A stretch of DNA of 64,000 nt from Bacillota bacterium (GCA_023475165.1 JAMCWA010000029.1:1950-65949), one strand, 5' to 3'; positions 34,077 through 42,800 are shown, counted from the stretch's first letter. The notes: generated by a model not told the origin, from the sequence alone. A program made the numbers and translations.

Positions 34077-34837
34077 CAGACAAACCGCGGGTTGCGATTT
34101 ACAAGATGAGTTCCTGTGCCGGCTGCCAGCTCGAGTTTTTGAATCTGGAACCGGTCCTGCTGGATGTGGTAGGTGCCGTTGAGCTGAGTTACTTTGTCAT
34201 GGCCCGGCGGCAAAACGCTCCTGGCCCTTACGATATCGGTTTTGTGGAAGGGGCCATTACCTGTGGCGAGGAAATCGAAAAATTGAAGAGAGCCAGGCAG
34301 GAGTGCCGGGTGTTGGTAGCCCTCGGGTCTTGCGCCTGCTTTGGCGGTCTGCCCTCCATCAAGAACTGGATACCGGAGAGGGTCGTGGAAAGCCGGGTTT
34401 ACCAGAACCTGGAGGTCATAGAATCCACCAAAGCCTATGGCATCGATGAATACGTCAAGGTCGATGCCTACCTGAAGGGGTGCCCGGTGGATAAAGGTGA
34501 ACTGGTGGAGTTCATCAAAGGCGCCTTGCTGGGAATAAGCCCTCACCTGCGACCCCACAGCGTCTGCGTGGAATGTAAACTCCGCGAAAACGTCTGCCTG
34601 TTTGTCAGCCAGGGTGAGCCTTGCCTGGGAGCAGTGACCACCGCCGGTTGTGGTGCCTTATGCCCGTCACGGGGCAAGGTCTGTGATGGCTGCCGGGGAC
34701 CGGCCAATGATGCCAACGCTGAATCCCTGGCCCGTTCCTTTACAGAATACGGCCTGCACAAGAGCGATGTGATCAGGAAATTCCGCAAATTCGCCGGGCT
34801 TACTCCGGAATTCAGCAAAGGAGCTGAAGCGGTATGA
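34073..34837 (+). CDS. NiFe hydrogenase small (delta) subunit, group 3 type
   Basis: GTGA overlap with the gamma subunit. N-terminal KMSSCAGCQLEFL, then GSCACFGG, and distal clusters CVECKLRENVC...CLGAVTTAGCGALCPSRGKVCDGCRGP. Confidence 0.85.
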   Translation: MTDKPRVAIYKMSSCAGCQLEFLNLEPVLLDVVGAVELSYFVMARRQNAPGPYDIGFVEGAITCGEEIEKLKRARQECRVLVALGSCACFGGLPSIKNWIPERVVESRVYQNLEVIESTKAYGIDEYVKVDAYLKGCPVDKGELVEFIKGALLGISPHLRPHSVCVECKLRENVCLFVSQGEPCLGAVTTAGCGALCPSRGKVCDGCRGPANDANAESLARSFTEYGLHKSDVIRKFRKFAGLTPEFSKGAEAV

Positions 34838-36120
34838 GCAGTCTCCGAGTCAAGGTCGACTACCTGGCCCGGGTCGAAGGGGAAGGAGCCCTGGACATCC
34901 GGGTACACAACGGGGAGATCGCTGAGCTGAAGCTGAAGATCTATGAGCCCCCCCGCTTTTTTGAGGGCTTTCTGGTTGGTCGTAAGTACGATGAGGTACC
35001 GGGGATTGTCTCCCGGATTTGCGGCATTTGCCCGGCTTCGCACCAACTTACCGCCATCCAGGCCATCGAGGACGCCTTCGGGATCAAGGTCAGCTCCCAA
35101 ACCAGGGATCTCAGGAAGCTCCTGGCCTTGAGCCAGTGGATCCAGAGCCATAGCTTGCACATTTACATGCTGGCTTTACCCGATTTCCTGGGTTATGAGA
35201 GCGTTCTGACCATGGCGGCCGACCACCTGCCGGCCGTACAGCGTGCCCTAAAGCTGAAACGGCTGGGCAACGACCTGACCGCCCTCATCGGGGGACGAGA
35301 GGTCCATCCGGTCACGGCTACCGTTAACGGCTTTACCTCCTTACCTTCCAAAAAGGACCTGAAGGCCATCGCGGAACGACTGGAGGAAGCCAGACCCGAC
35401 GCCCTGGAAACGGTAAAGCTATGTGCCTCTCTGGAGTTGCCCGACTTTTCCTGGGAGGCGGAACACGTGGCCTTACGGAGCGAAGAGGGATACGCCATCA
35501 ATGAAGGCCGGCTGGTCTCCACCGAGGGATTGAACATTGCTCCCTGGGAATACCGAAACCACATCAAGGAGCGGCACATTCCCCACTCCAACGCCCTCCA
35601 TTCCTACATTGAGGGTCGCGGGTCCTTCCTGGTGGGACCCCTGGCCAGGGTGAACCTTAACTACGAACGCTTATCCCCCGGGGCTCAGGAAGCAGCTCGG
35701 GCCGTGGGAGTGAATTTCCCCGACTTCAACCCCTTCCGTGGCATTGTGGCGCGGTCCCTGGAGCTTTACCACAGCATCGAGGAAAGTCTGGCCATCATCG
35801 ACCGTCTGGAGCTGGCGCAGGAAGACACCAGTTATGCCGTAAGGGCCGGGCAGGGCTTTGCCATCACGGAGGCCCCGCGGGGGTCTCTCTACCACAGCTA
35901 TAAGATCAATGAGCACGGGATTATCGAAAAGGCGGATATTGTCTCCCCGACGGCGCACAATGTCCATAATATCGAGGAAGACCTGCGGCGGTTCGTGCCA
36001 CAGGTGCTGGATCTGTCGGAAGAAGAAGCCACCTTAAAGTGTGAAACGGTGATTCGCAACTATGACCCTTGCATCTCCTGTTCGGCTCATTTCTTGAAGA
36101 TGCGGGTGGTGAGGGAGTAG
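34834..36120 (+). CDS. NiFe hydrogenase large (alpha) subunit
   Basis: ATGA overlap with the small subunit. N-terminal RICGICPASH and C-terminal DPCISCSAH NiFe-ligand motifs, with a short C-terminal extension for proteolytic maturation. Confidence 0.92.
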   Translation: MSSLRVKVDYLARVEGEGALDIRVHNGEIAELKLKIYEPPRFFEGFLVGRKYDEVPGIVSRICGICPASHQLTAIQAIEDAFGIKVSSQTRDLRKLLALSQWIQSHSLHIYMLALPDFLGYESVLTMAADHLPAVQRALKLKRLGNDLTALIGGREVHPVTATVNGFTSLPSKKDLKAIAERLEEARPDALETVKLCASLELPDFSWEAEHVALRSEEGYAINEGRLVSTEGLNIAPWEYRNHIKERHIPHSNALHSYIEGRGSFLVGPLARVNLNYERLSPGAQEAARAVGVNFPDFNPFRGIVARSLELYHSIEESLAIIDRLELAQEDTSYAVRAGQGFAITEAPRGSLYHSYKINEHGIIEKADIVSPTAHNVHNIEEDLRRFVPQVLDLSEEEATLKCETVIRNYDPCISCSAHFLKMRVVRE

Positions 36121-36130
36121 ATTCCCCAGG

Positions 36131-36535
36131 AGAGGGCTGACGAACTGCGAGTTGAGCGGCAAACGCGCCCGGGGAAACTCAGGCCAAGACCGCGTAAAGA
36201 TGCCCAGATGCTAGGAGCGACAAGGCTCCGAAGCGAGGCGTACCAAGTGGTACGTTGAGCGAGGAGGCGCCGGAGCGACACAATTTACCATAGTCATGCA
36301 CCATTTGACCAGGAAAGCTCCCTTGGAGAATTGCGCCACAATCCGCCACAGTTACGCCCCATTTTGGGGAAAGTTCTTCGGCGGATTGCGCCACAATCCG
36401 CCACAGTTACGCCCCATTTTGGGGAAAGTTCTTCGGCGGATTGCGCCACAATCCGCCACAGACGCGTCCCATTTTTGGGAGAAGTTCTTCGGCGGATTGC
36501 ACCACCGCAGATGGGTGTTTTTCAGCGGTCTTCTA
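36131..36535 (+). repeat. Longest copy of the modular repeat family, with three tandem 55/56-bp hairpin modules; inserted between the hydrogenase large subunit and its protease
   Basis: GCTGACGAACTGCG (36136..), the CCAGATGCTAGGAGCGACAAGG...GGAGCGACACAAT module (36204-36284), 55-bp units at 36331-36385 and 36386-36440 (identical) and 36441-36496 (diverged), and the end module ATTGCACCACCGCAGATGGGTGTTTTTCAGCGGTCTTC (36496-36533). Confidence 0.9.
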
Positions 36536-36601
36536 GCCGCCTGCGGCGGACGCCCCGGAAGTAGCTGGTTTGTTTCGGGTTGGCGGGGAGGAGATTCTCT
36601 C

Positions 36602-37066
36602 ATGGCTAAGACGATGGTAATTGGCTGCGGCAATCCGTTGCGTGGTGACGACGGTGTGGGCCGGGCCGTCATCCAGGCTTTGGGCGGAGTCTCTTTGCCC
36701 GAGGAAGTCAGATTGGTCGAGGCCGGAACGCCCGGCTTGGCCTTGCTCGACATCCTCCGCCAGGCCGACCGCATCATCATCGTTGATGCCGTGGCCGGGG
36801 AGGGCCGGCCGGGGACAGTCTTCCGCCTGCGGGCCGAAGATCTTGAGAAACCTCCCCCTGGCTCCTGCTCGCTGCATGATCTGGGGATTGCCGAGGTCCT
36901 GGCCTTGGGGCGCTTGGCTGAACCAGAAGCCCTCCCCGGGGAACTGGTCTTCGTCGGTATCCAGGCGGCCTGTCTGGAGCCCGGGCGAGAGGGATTGAGC
37001 CAGGAGGTGGCCGCGGCCGTACCCAGGGCGGTACAGGCGGTATTGGAGGAGATTGGGATTGTATGA
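36602..37066 (+). CDS. Hydrogenase maturation endopeptidase (HycI/HyaD/FrhD family)
   Basis: ATG 36602 after GGGGAGGAG. MVIGCGNPLRGDDGVGRAV...IIIVDA...SLHDLG. The upstream part of ORF 36296..37066 is a translation of the tandem repeats. Confidence 0.85.
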   Translation: MAKTMVIGCGNPLRGDDGVGRAVIQALGGVSLPEEVRLVEAGTPGLALLDILRQADRIIIVDAVAGEGRPGTVFRLRAEDLEKPPPGSCSLHDLGIAEVLALGRLAEPEALPGELVFVGIQAACLEPGREGLSQEVAAAVPRAVQAVLEEIGIV

Positions 37067-37138
37067 CAGCGGTCTCCTGGCAGTTCCGCCCATTTCTCAA
37101 CCTTCGGCCCATTTAGCGGGGAGCCATGGACGTTGGGC

Positions 37139-38185
37139 CTATTTCTTCTTCGACCTGGCCAGGGAACGGGCCATGCGTTCCAGCTTAAAGATGGTGGTGA
37201 ACTCCGCGTTCTTGCTGATCCAGAGCTGCCGGAACATGATGGCCTGGGTAAGAGAACCTTTATAGGCCAGGCCGCGGACTAGGACGTCCAGGTCCTGGCA
37301 GACCATGACCAGGTCGGGGGACGGGATGATCCCCTCTCTGACCTCCAGATGACCGTCGTTGATCTCCAGGACTAGCTGACCGCCGGTGGTCTTGACCTGG
37401 ATCTGGCGGCGCCAGTCGGCGATATCCTTTCTGGCCCGCTCCGTCTGGTTCATTTCCGCGGCCAGGGTCTGCAGTTGACCGTAGAGCTCCTGAAAGCGGT
37501 TCGCCTCATCTGGACCGGCTGAGGTGAGAGCCGGTTCTTCCGCCGCTTCCCAGTTTACCTCAGACTCCTGCAAACCGGGCTTAGCCACCTGCTCTGGGGT
37601 TAGTTCTGATGCCGGCACCACGAAGATATCGGAGATTTCCCCAAGACGGCTGTCCCGGAAAACCACCTTAACCTCCGTGTCCTTCTTCACCAGTCCCGGC
37701 ACGAGAATCCCTTTGCTGGTATAAACGTTGACGCTGAGGGCGGTGTCGGCCCCCTCCAGGAGCACCCGCCCCCGCCCAAATGGGACCTGCTTTTGAAAGA
37801 GGGAGTTGGCAAAGTAGGTGATGGGCGGGGTACTGAGCATGCGTCCCACCTGACCCACCTCTACCAACTCGGTGGGAGCGAAGTTGCAGTCCGGGCACCG
37901 GGTCATAAAGGGGGGAACCCGGACCTGACCGCAATGGGTGCAACGGCTCCCCAAGATCTTCTTCTCATCGCGCAGGGCTAAGAAGAAAGGGGAAAACTCG
38001 CCCATGGACCGCTGGTAGAAGGTAAACATGGCGTCATTGAGGACCAGATAATCCCGGCCGCCCACGTTTACGGTGTGTCCGCCCACATCGGGGATGGCTT
38101 CCAGGGGGATGACCTTTTTCTTCTCCGCTTCCGGCACTCTCCATTCCTCCCTAAAAGTAGAAGTTGGGAATTGGATATCGGACAA
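37139..38185 (-). CDS. DUF35 (zinc-ribbon plus OB-fold) protein with a C-terminal SCP2-like domain; thiolase partner (BbsA-like)
   Basis: RCTHCGQVRVPPFMTRCPDCNF zinc ribbon followed by an OB fold. C-terminal LVLEINDGHLEVREG...FKLERMA looks like SCP2. Located directly downstream of the thiolase-like gene. Confidence 0.75.
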   Translation of the reverse strand: MSDIQFPTSTFREEWRVPEAEKKKVIPLEAIPDVGGHTVNVGGRDYLVLNDAMFTFYQRSMGEFSPFFLALRDEKKILGSRCTHCGQVRVPPFMTRCPDCNFAPTELVEVGQVGRMLSTPPITYFANSLFQKQVPFGRGRVLLEGADTALSVNVYTSKGILVPGLVKKDTEVKVVFRDSRLGEISDIFVVPASELTPEQVAKPGLQESEVNWEAAEEPALTSAGPDEANRFQELYGQLQTLAAEMNQTERARKDIADWRRQIQVKTTGGQLVLEINDGHLEVREGIIPSPDLVMVCQDLDVLVRGLAYKGSLTQAIMFRQLWISKNAEFTTIFKLERMARSLARSKKK

Positions 38186-38190
38186 TCAAA

Positions 38191-38232
38191 CCTCTGACAC
38201 GGACCAGGACGCCTCTGACACGGACCAGGACG
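38191..38232. repeat. Perfect 21-bp tandem duplication in the thiolase/DUF35 spacer
   Basis: CCTCTGACACGGACCAGGACG occurs twice (38191-38211 and 38212-38232). On the coding strand each copy carries CAGAGG. Confidence 0.9.
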
Positions 38233-38264
38233 GTTGTAAGGCCCTGGCTATTGGAGGCTGGCCA

Positions 38265-39461
38265 TCAGTCATGCTCCAGAACCATGGCCACCCCATACTG
38301 GGCGATGGTGCTGCCCGTCCCGTGGATCAGGGCCCGGCGCAGGCCGCGGCTGATGAGTTCGCGGCGGGCGGACCAGGCCGACATGACATTGCTGGCACCC
38401 ACCGCGTGGCCGGAGTAAATGAGACCACCGCAGGGGTTGACCAGGACCTCGCCGCCCGGGGTCATGATCCCTTCCTCGATAAGATCGTTAGCCCGGCCCA
38501 GGGGGACAAAGCCCATTTCCGCCATGGTAATCCCCAACTGGTGAACGAAGGCATCGTGAGCCTCGACGACATCAATGGCGTGTAAGGGATCCTTGATCCC
38601 GGCCATGGCATAGGCTTGGTGGGCGGCAATATGGTCCGACATGATGCGCGACATGAGTTTTTGGTTCTTTCCAGCGAAGGAGTGCTCGTTGGACTCACCC
38701 ACCCCCGTGACCCAGATGACGGGTTTTCCTGTCAGGCGGGAGATGGCCCGGGCCGTCTCTTCTTCGGCCATAAGCAGAGCCGCCGCCCCTTCCGAATAAA
38801 CACAGATCTCCAGCTCCTTAAAGGGATAAACAACGGTACGGGAGTTCATGACCTCCTCAGGGGTAACCTGGTCGTAACGCCGCTGAGCGAACTCGTTGGT
38901 CCGCACCTGCTGGCTGAGAAGGGAGGAGATCTGCGCGGTCACCTCTGGTTTCAGATCGCCGGGATGATCGTCCATATAGGCCAGAACCACCTCAGCGTAG
39001 CTGTCGGCCGCCGTCCAGCCCAACTTCTGCTCAAAGAAGCTGTCGCCAGACCAGCCGATAGTCTTGATGGTCTCGGGGGTGGCGGACATGGACTGAAAGT
39101 CAAAAACATCAGTGGCCTTCTCCACTCCCAGGACCAGGGCAATCTTGAATCGGCCGGCCGCCAGGTAGGCGTGGGCGGCGGACATCGTGTACGCCCCGGT
39201 GGCTCCGCCGTTGCTGATCCGAATCCCAAACTTGTTCTGCAGGCCAATGATCCCCTGGAGCGGGTGTTCCGGGATGGCGGCCCGCTGAAAGATATCATTA
39301 TAAATTCCGTAAAAGACCCCATCCACCTGGTCAATGGTCAGGCCGGCATCCTGCAAGGCATCGGCAGTAGCCATTTGGGCCAACTCGTAGTAAGTTTTCT
39401 CATACCATTTGGCTTTGAAAGGGGTAACGGCGGCACCGACGATGCCGACTCTTTTGGACAT
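38265..39461 (-). CDS. Thiolase-like protein (SCP-x/BbsB-type, non-acetoacetyl thiolase)
   Basis: RBS AAGGAGGGTG. VGIVGAAVTPF, SNGGATGA and GGLIYSGHAVGASN are typical of the thiolase superfamily members that pair with DUF35 proteins. Confidence 0.85.
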   Translation of the reverse strand: MSKRVGIVGAAVTPFKAKWYEKTYYELAQMATADALQDAGLTIDQVDGVFYGIYNDIFQRAAIPEHPLQGIIGLQNKFGIRISNGGATGAYTMSAAHAYLAAGRFKIALVLGVEKATDVFDFQSMSATPETIKTIGWSGDSFFEQKLGWTAADSYAEVVLAYMDDHPGDLKPEVTAQISSLLSQQVRTNEFAQRRYDQVTPEEVMNSRTVVYPFKELEICVYSEGAAALLMAEEETARAISRLTGKPVIWVTGVGESNEHSFAGKNQKLMSRIMSDHIAAHQAYAMAGIKDPLHAIDVVEAHDAFVHQLGITMAEMGFVPLGRANDLIEEGIMTPGGEVLVNPCGGLIYSGHAVGASNVMSAWSARRELISRGLRRALIHGTGSTIAQYGVAMVLEHD

Positions 39462-39540
39462 GCTTTCACCCTCCTTAAGGACGGAAATTAGAGGCCGGAA
39501 GTTGGAGGTCAGAAGGGGAGCCCAATAGGGGAACCGGTTT

Positions 39541-40683
39541 CTACCGGCATCCCAACTGGCGGGCGATGACCAGGCGCTGCACCTCTGAGGTTCCCTCCCC
39601 GATCTCCATCAGCTTGGCATCCCGCAGATAACGTTCCACAAGATATTCCTTGATGTAGCCATATCCCCCGTGGATCTGGATGGCCTCCAGGGCGGCCCAG
39701 ACGGCGGTCTCTGAGGCCGCCAGCTTGGCCATGGAGGCCTCTTTGGTATAAGGCAGCCCTTTTTCCTTGAGCCAGGCCGCCTTGTGGACCAGGAGCCGGG
39801 CCTGCTCGATCCGGGTGGCCATATCGGCCAGTTTGAATTGAATGGCCTGGAAACGGTTGATGGGTTGGCCAAATTGAACCCGTTCCCCGGCATAGCGTAA
39901 GGAGGCGTCCAAGCTGGCCCGGGCGATGCCGACGGCCAGGGCACCGATGGCTACCCGCCCGCCGTCTAAGACCTGCAGGAATTGCTTGAAGCCTTCACCT
40001 CGCTTTCCCAGCAGGTTTTCTTTTGGAACCCGGCAGTCTTCCAGAAAGACCTGAGCTGTATCCGAGGCGCGCAGGCCCAGCTTGTCAAACTTCTTGCCAA
40101 TAGTGAGGCCGGGGGTACCTTTGGGAATGATGATGGTGCTGATGCCGCGGGTTCCCTTCTCCGGGTCGGTGACGGCGGTGACAATGAGGGCTGAGGCTAC
40201 GCTGGCATTGGTAATGAAAATCTTGGAGCCGTTTAGCACCCAATGATCACCCTCCAGAACGGCCCGGGTCTGTGTGCCCCCGGCATCGGAACCGGCGTTT
40301 GGTTCTGTCAAACCGAAGGCGATGAGGATCTCCCCACGAGCGGCCGGGGTTAGCCAATGTCGCTTCTGCGCTTCCGTCCCGAAGAGGTAGAACGGAGTGG
40401 CGCCTAGGGAAACGGCGGCCTCGTAGGTGAGGCCGGTGGAGGCGCAGGCGGCGCCGATCTCTTCCAGAGCCAGGGCATAGCTAATGGCGCCGGCCCCGGA
40501 ACCACCACATTCCTCGGGAAAAGGAAGTCCGAAAAGGCCTAGTTCACCCATTTTCCAAATGATAGACCAGGGAAATTCCTTCTTTTCATCCAATTCCGCT
40601 GCCAGGGGTCGGATTTCTCTTTCGGCCAGGTCCCTGACCATTTCCCGGACCATTCGCTGCTCGTCGGTGAGGCCAAAATCCAT
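39541..40683 (-). CDS. Acyl-CoA dehydrogenase (short/medium-chain type)
   Basis: Start ATG 40683 gives MDFGLTDEQRMVREMVRDLAEREI, the canonical ACAD N-terminus. GLTEPNAGSD, the catalytic-base region YEGTSEVQRLVIA-like (IGEGTSEVQRLVIARQL). The ORF extension to 40851 is Arg/Pro-rich. Confidence 0.9.
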   Translation of the reverse strand: MDFGLTDEQRMVREMVRDLAEREIRPLAAELDEKKEFPWSIIWKMGELGLFGLPFPEECGGSGAGAISYALALEEIGAACASTGLTYEAAVSLGATPFYLFGTEAQKRHWLTPAARGEILIAFGLTEPNAGSDAGGTQTRAVLEGDHWVLNGSKIFITNASVASALIVTAVTDPEKGTRGISTIIIPKGTPGLTIGKKFDKLGLRASDTAQVFLEDCRVPKENLLGKRGEGFKQFLQVLDGGRVAIGALAVGIARASLDASLRYAGERVQFGQPINRFQAIQFKLADMATRIEQARLLVHKAAWLKEKGLPYTKEASMAKLAASETAVWAALEAIQIHGGYGYIKEYLVERYLRDAKLMEIGEGTSEVQRLVIARQLGCR

Positions 40684-41071
40684 TGTAGCGCCCGCTCCAG
40701 CCATTTTGACCAGCTGGGCCGGACCTTCCCCCTTTCGCGCTGTGTCTTGACCCTTTGACCTGCTTGGCCTGAGTCGCTGAGTTTGGCGGCTTGGAGCCGC
40801 CGAGTGCGCCGTCCTTGTGATTCCCCCCTTCGGTAATCTGGCCCGGGGCAAAGTGGGCTAGACCATTACTGCAATTAGCAATTAGAACGCAAATCATGGT
40901 AATGCCCCAATTAAAAATTATTCTACGTTTCCAATGAGAATCCTGCCGCACCTTGTGAGAAATTTCCTGTCCAGGACTGCGAAGAAAAGGGGAAAACCGA
41001 GCTGCCCCGCTTTTGGCGGAATGGGAAAAGGTCCAATTATAAATGACGAAAAACTAAATCATTGATTAACC

Positions 41072-41100
41072 TTGACAATAGCGAAGAGGGCAAGTAGAAT
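41072..41100 (+). promoter_or_regulatory. Sigma-A promoter of the NifV/LeuA-family gene
   Basis: TTGACA (41072-41077), 17-nt spacer, TAGAAT (41095-41100). Confidence 0.6.
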
Positions 41101-41153
41101 CATTGCCAATATAACAATTGGAATGTAGGCCAATTGTGGAAGGGGGGCCGGAA

Positions 41154-42338
41154 ATGTCGCCAGGGAAGGACGGCCGAAAGGTGGCCATAGTTGATACCAC
41201 TTTGCGGGATGGAGAGCAGACGGCGGGGGTGGTTTTCGCCAAGTCGGAGAAGATCCGAATTGCTCAGATGCTGGACGAGGTGGGGGTGGATCAGATTGAG
41301 GTCGGTATTCCCGTCATGGGCGGGGAAGAGATGGAGGCCGTTAAGGCCATAGCCAGGCTAGGTTTGCGGGCCAGCTTGATGGCCTGGAACCGGGCGGTCG
41401 TATCCGATGTGGAGGCGTCCCTGGCCTGCGGGGTAGACGCCGTGGCTATCTCCATCTCCACCTCTGATATTCACATCCAGCATAAGCTCAAGGCCTCCCG
41501 GCAGTGGGTTCTGGATGCCACGGCCAGGGCGGTGGAACTGGCCAAACGGAATGGTTTGTACGTCTCGGCCAACGCCGAGGATGCCTCCCGGACGGACCCC
41601 TATTTCCTGGCGGAATTCATCCGCGTGGCCCGCCAGGCTGGGGCTGACCGGATCAGATACTGTGACACTGTGGGCATCTTAGATCCTTTCCGTACCTGCG
41701 ACCTGGTCAAAGAACTGATCTATACCCAAGGCATAGATATTGAGATGCATACTCATAACGATCTGGGAATGGCTACGGCCAACGCCCTGGCGGGTGTTCG
41801 GGCCGGAGCAACCTATGTCGGCGTTACCGTCAACGGCCTGGGGGAACGGGCGGGGAACGCGGCCCTGGAAGAAGTGGTGATGGCCCTCAAGTACACCATG
41901 GACCTGGACCTGGGACTGGATACCAGGCGATTTCGCGAGCTATCTGAGTACGTGGCCCGGGCCTCAGACCGGGAGATCCCGCCGGGCAAAGCCATCGTCG
42001 GGTCCAACACCTTTGCCCACGAATCCGGCATCCACACCGATGGGACCTTAAAGAACCCGCGAACCTATGAGGCCTTCAATCCGGAAGAGGTGGGCCTGGA
42101 GCGTCAGATCGTCATTGGGAAGCACTCCGGAAGCCGGGCTATCATGAACAAGTTTAAGGAGTACGGAGTTTTTTTGACGGAAAAGGAGGCAGCCGCCTTG
42201 CTGCCCCAGGTAAGGGCCCTGGCCATCGAGTTGAAGCGACCGCTTTTTGATAAGGAACTGGCCTACCTTTACTCGGCTCACGTTAGGGCCAGGCCGGAAA
42301 AGTCAGCGGTGGGAACCATTGGTCGGGAAGGACGCTGA
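41154..42338 (+). CDS. Homocitrate / Re-citrate / 2-alkylmalate synthase family protein (NifV/LeuA-like, DRE-TIM aldolase)
   Basis: ATG 41154 after GGAAGGGGGG. VAIVDTTLRDGEQTAGVVF, IEVGIP, HTHNDLGMATANALAG and HESGIH motifs. ~394 aa with no LeuA regulatory domain. Confidence 0.85.
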   Translation: MSPGKDGRKVAIVDTTLRDGEQTAGVVFAKSEKIRIAQMLDEVGVDQIEVGIPVMGGEEMEAVKAIARLGLRASLMAWNRAVVSDVEASLACGVDAVAISISTSDIHIQHKLKASRQWVLDATARAVELAKRNGLYVSANAEDASRTDPYFLAEFIRVARQAGADRIRYCDTVGILDPFRTCDLVKELIYTQGIDIEMHTHNDLGMATANALAGVRAGATYVGVTVNGLGERAGNAALEEVVMALKYTMDLDLGLDTRRFRELSEYVARASDREIPPGKAIVGSNTFAHESGIHTDGTLKNPRTYEAFNPEEVGLERQIVIGKHSGSRAIMNKFKEYGVFLTEKEAAALLPQVRALAIELKRPLFDKELAYLYSAHVRARPEKSAVGTIGREGR

Positions 42339-42416
42339 GTGATTCGACCAAACTGCCGGAGCAACCCGGCGGCCGTTGGTGTGGGAACCATTGGTCGGGA
42401 AGGACGCGGAATGATT
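42309..42416 (+). repeat. Direct duplication of the synthase 3' end (about 36 bp, offset 72 bp); the stop TGA becomes GGA in copy 2
   Basis: GTGGGAACCATTGGTCGGGAAGGACGCTGAGTGATT (42309-42344) versus GTGGGAACCATTGGTCGGGAAGGACGCGGAATGATT (42381-42416); 34/36 identical. Confidence 0.9.
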
Positions 42417-42508
42417 TTTCGCCTAGCGGCAACCTGAGCAAGGCAGAGCGCGGATTGGACACCGGCGAGCGACGCTCAAGAAGCCTAAATTCGGGAGCAG
42501 CCCCCTAT

Positions 42509-42800
42509 GAGGCCGCTGAAAAATACCCATCTGCGGTGTGGCGCAATCTGCCAGAAAGAACCTTTTTATTAAAGGGGCGTTACTATTGCCGATTGTCGCT
42601 CCGGCGGCTCCTCGCTCAACGTACCACCTGGTACGCCTCGCCTCGGAGCCTTGTCGCTCCTAGCATCTGGGCTGATCTGAGGTCTTGGCCTTATGATTGG
42701 GCTAAAGCCGCCAGAAACACGAGCGCCATCAAGCGCAGTACAGACTAGGACGGCTTTTCCCGGGCGGGTTAACCACTCAAAACGCAGTTCGTCAGCACTC
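42509..42800 (-). repeat. Full-length copy of the modular repeat family (inverted relative to 50734-50974)
   Basis: GAGGCCGCTGAAAAATACCCATCTGCGGTGTGGCGCAAT (42509-42547), ATTGTCGCTCCGGCGG...CTCCTAGCATCTGG (42592-42670), CCGGGCGGGTTAACCACTCAAAACGCAGTTCGTCAGC (about 42759-42796). Confidence 0.9.

Noticed and set aside
36329-36533. CRISPR-like appearance: regularly spaced ~26-nt palindromic repeats (GGCGGATTGCGCCACAATCCGCCACA) separated by ~29-nt spacers. The same pattern occurs at 58865-59066.
   Set aside because: The spacers are copies of one another (identical in units 1-2, homologous in unit 3 and in the inverted array), so this is a 55-bp tandem repeat and not repeat-spacer architecture. 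There are only 3-4 units, no cas genes and no leader.
36296-36601. N-terminal 102 codons of ORF 36296..37066, and ORF 36331..36564.
   Set aside because: They translate the tandem 55-bp repeats (reiterated IAPQSAT-type peptides). The protease family N-terminus MVIGCGNPLRGDDG begins at ATG 36602, which has its own SD.
39541-40851. Extended 436-aa version of the acyl-CoA dehydrogenase.
   Set aside because: The extra 56 residues are Arg/Pro/Ser-rich and unlike ACAD N-termini. The canonical MDFGLTDEQ start is at 40683.
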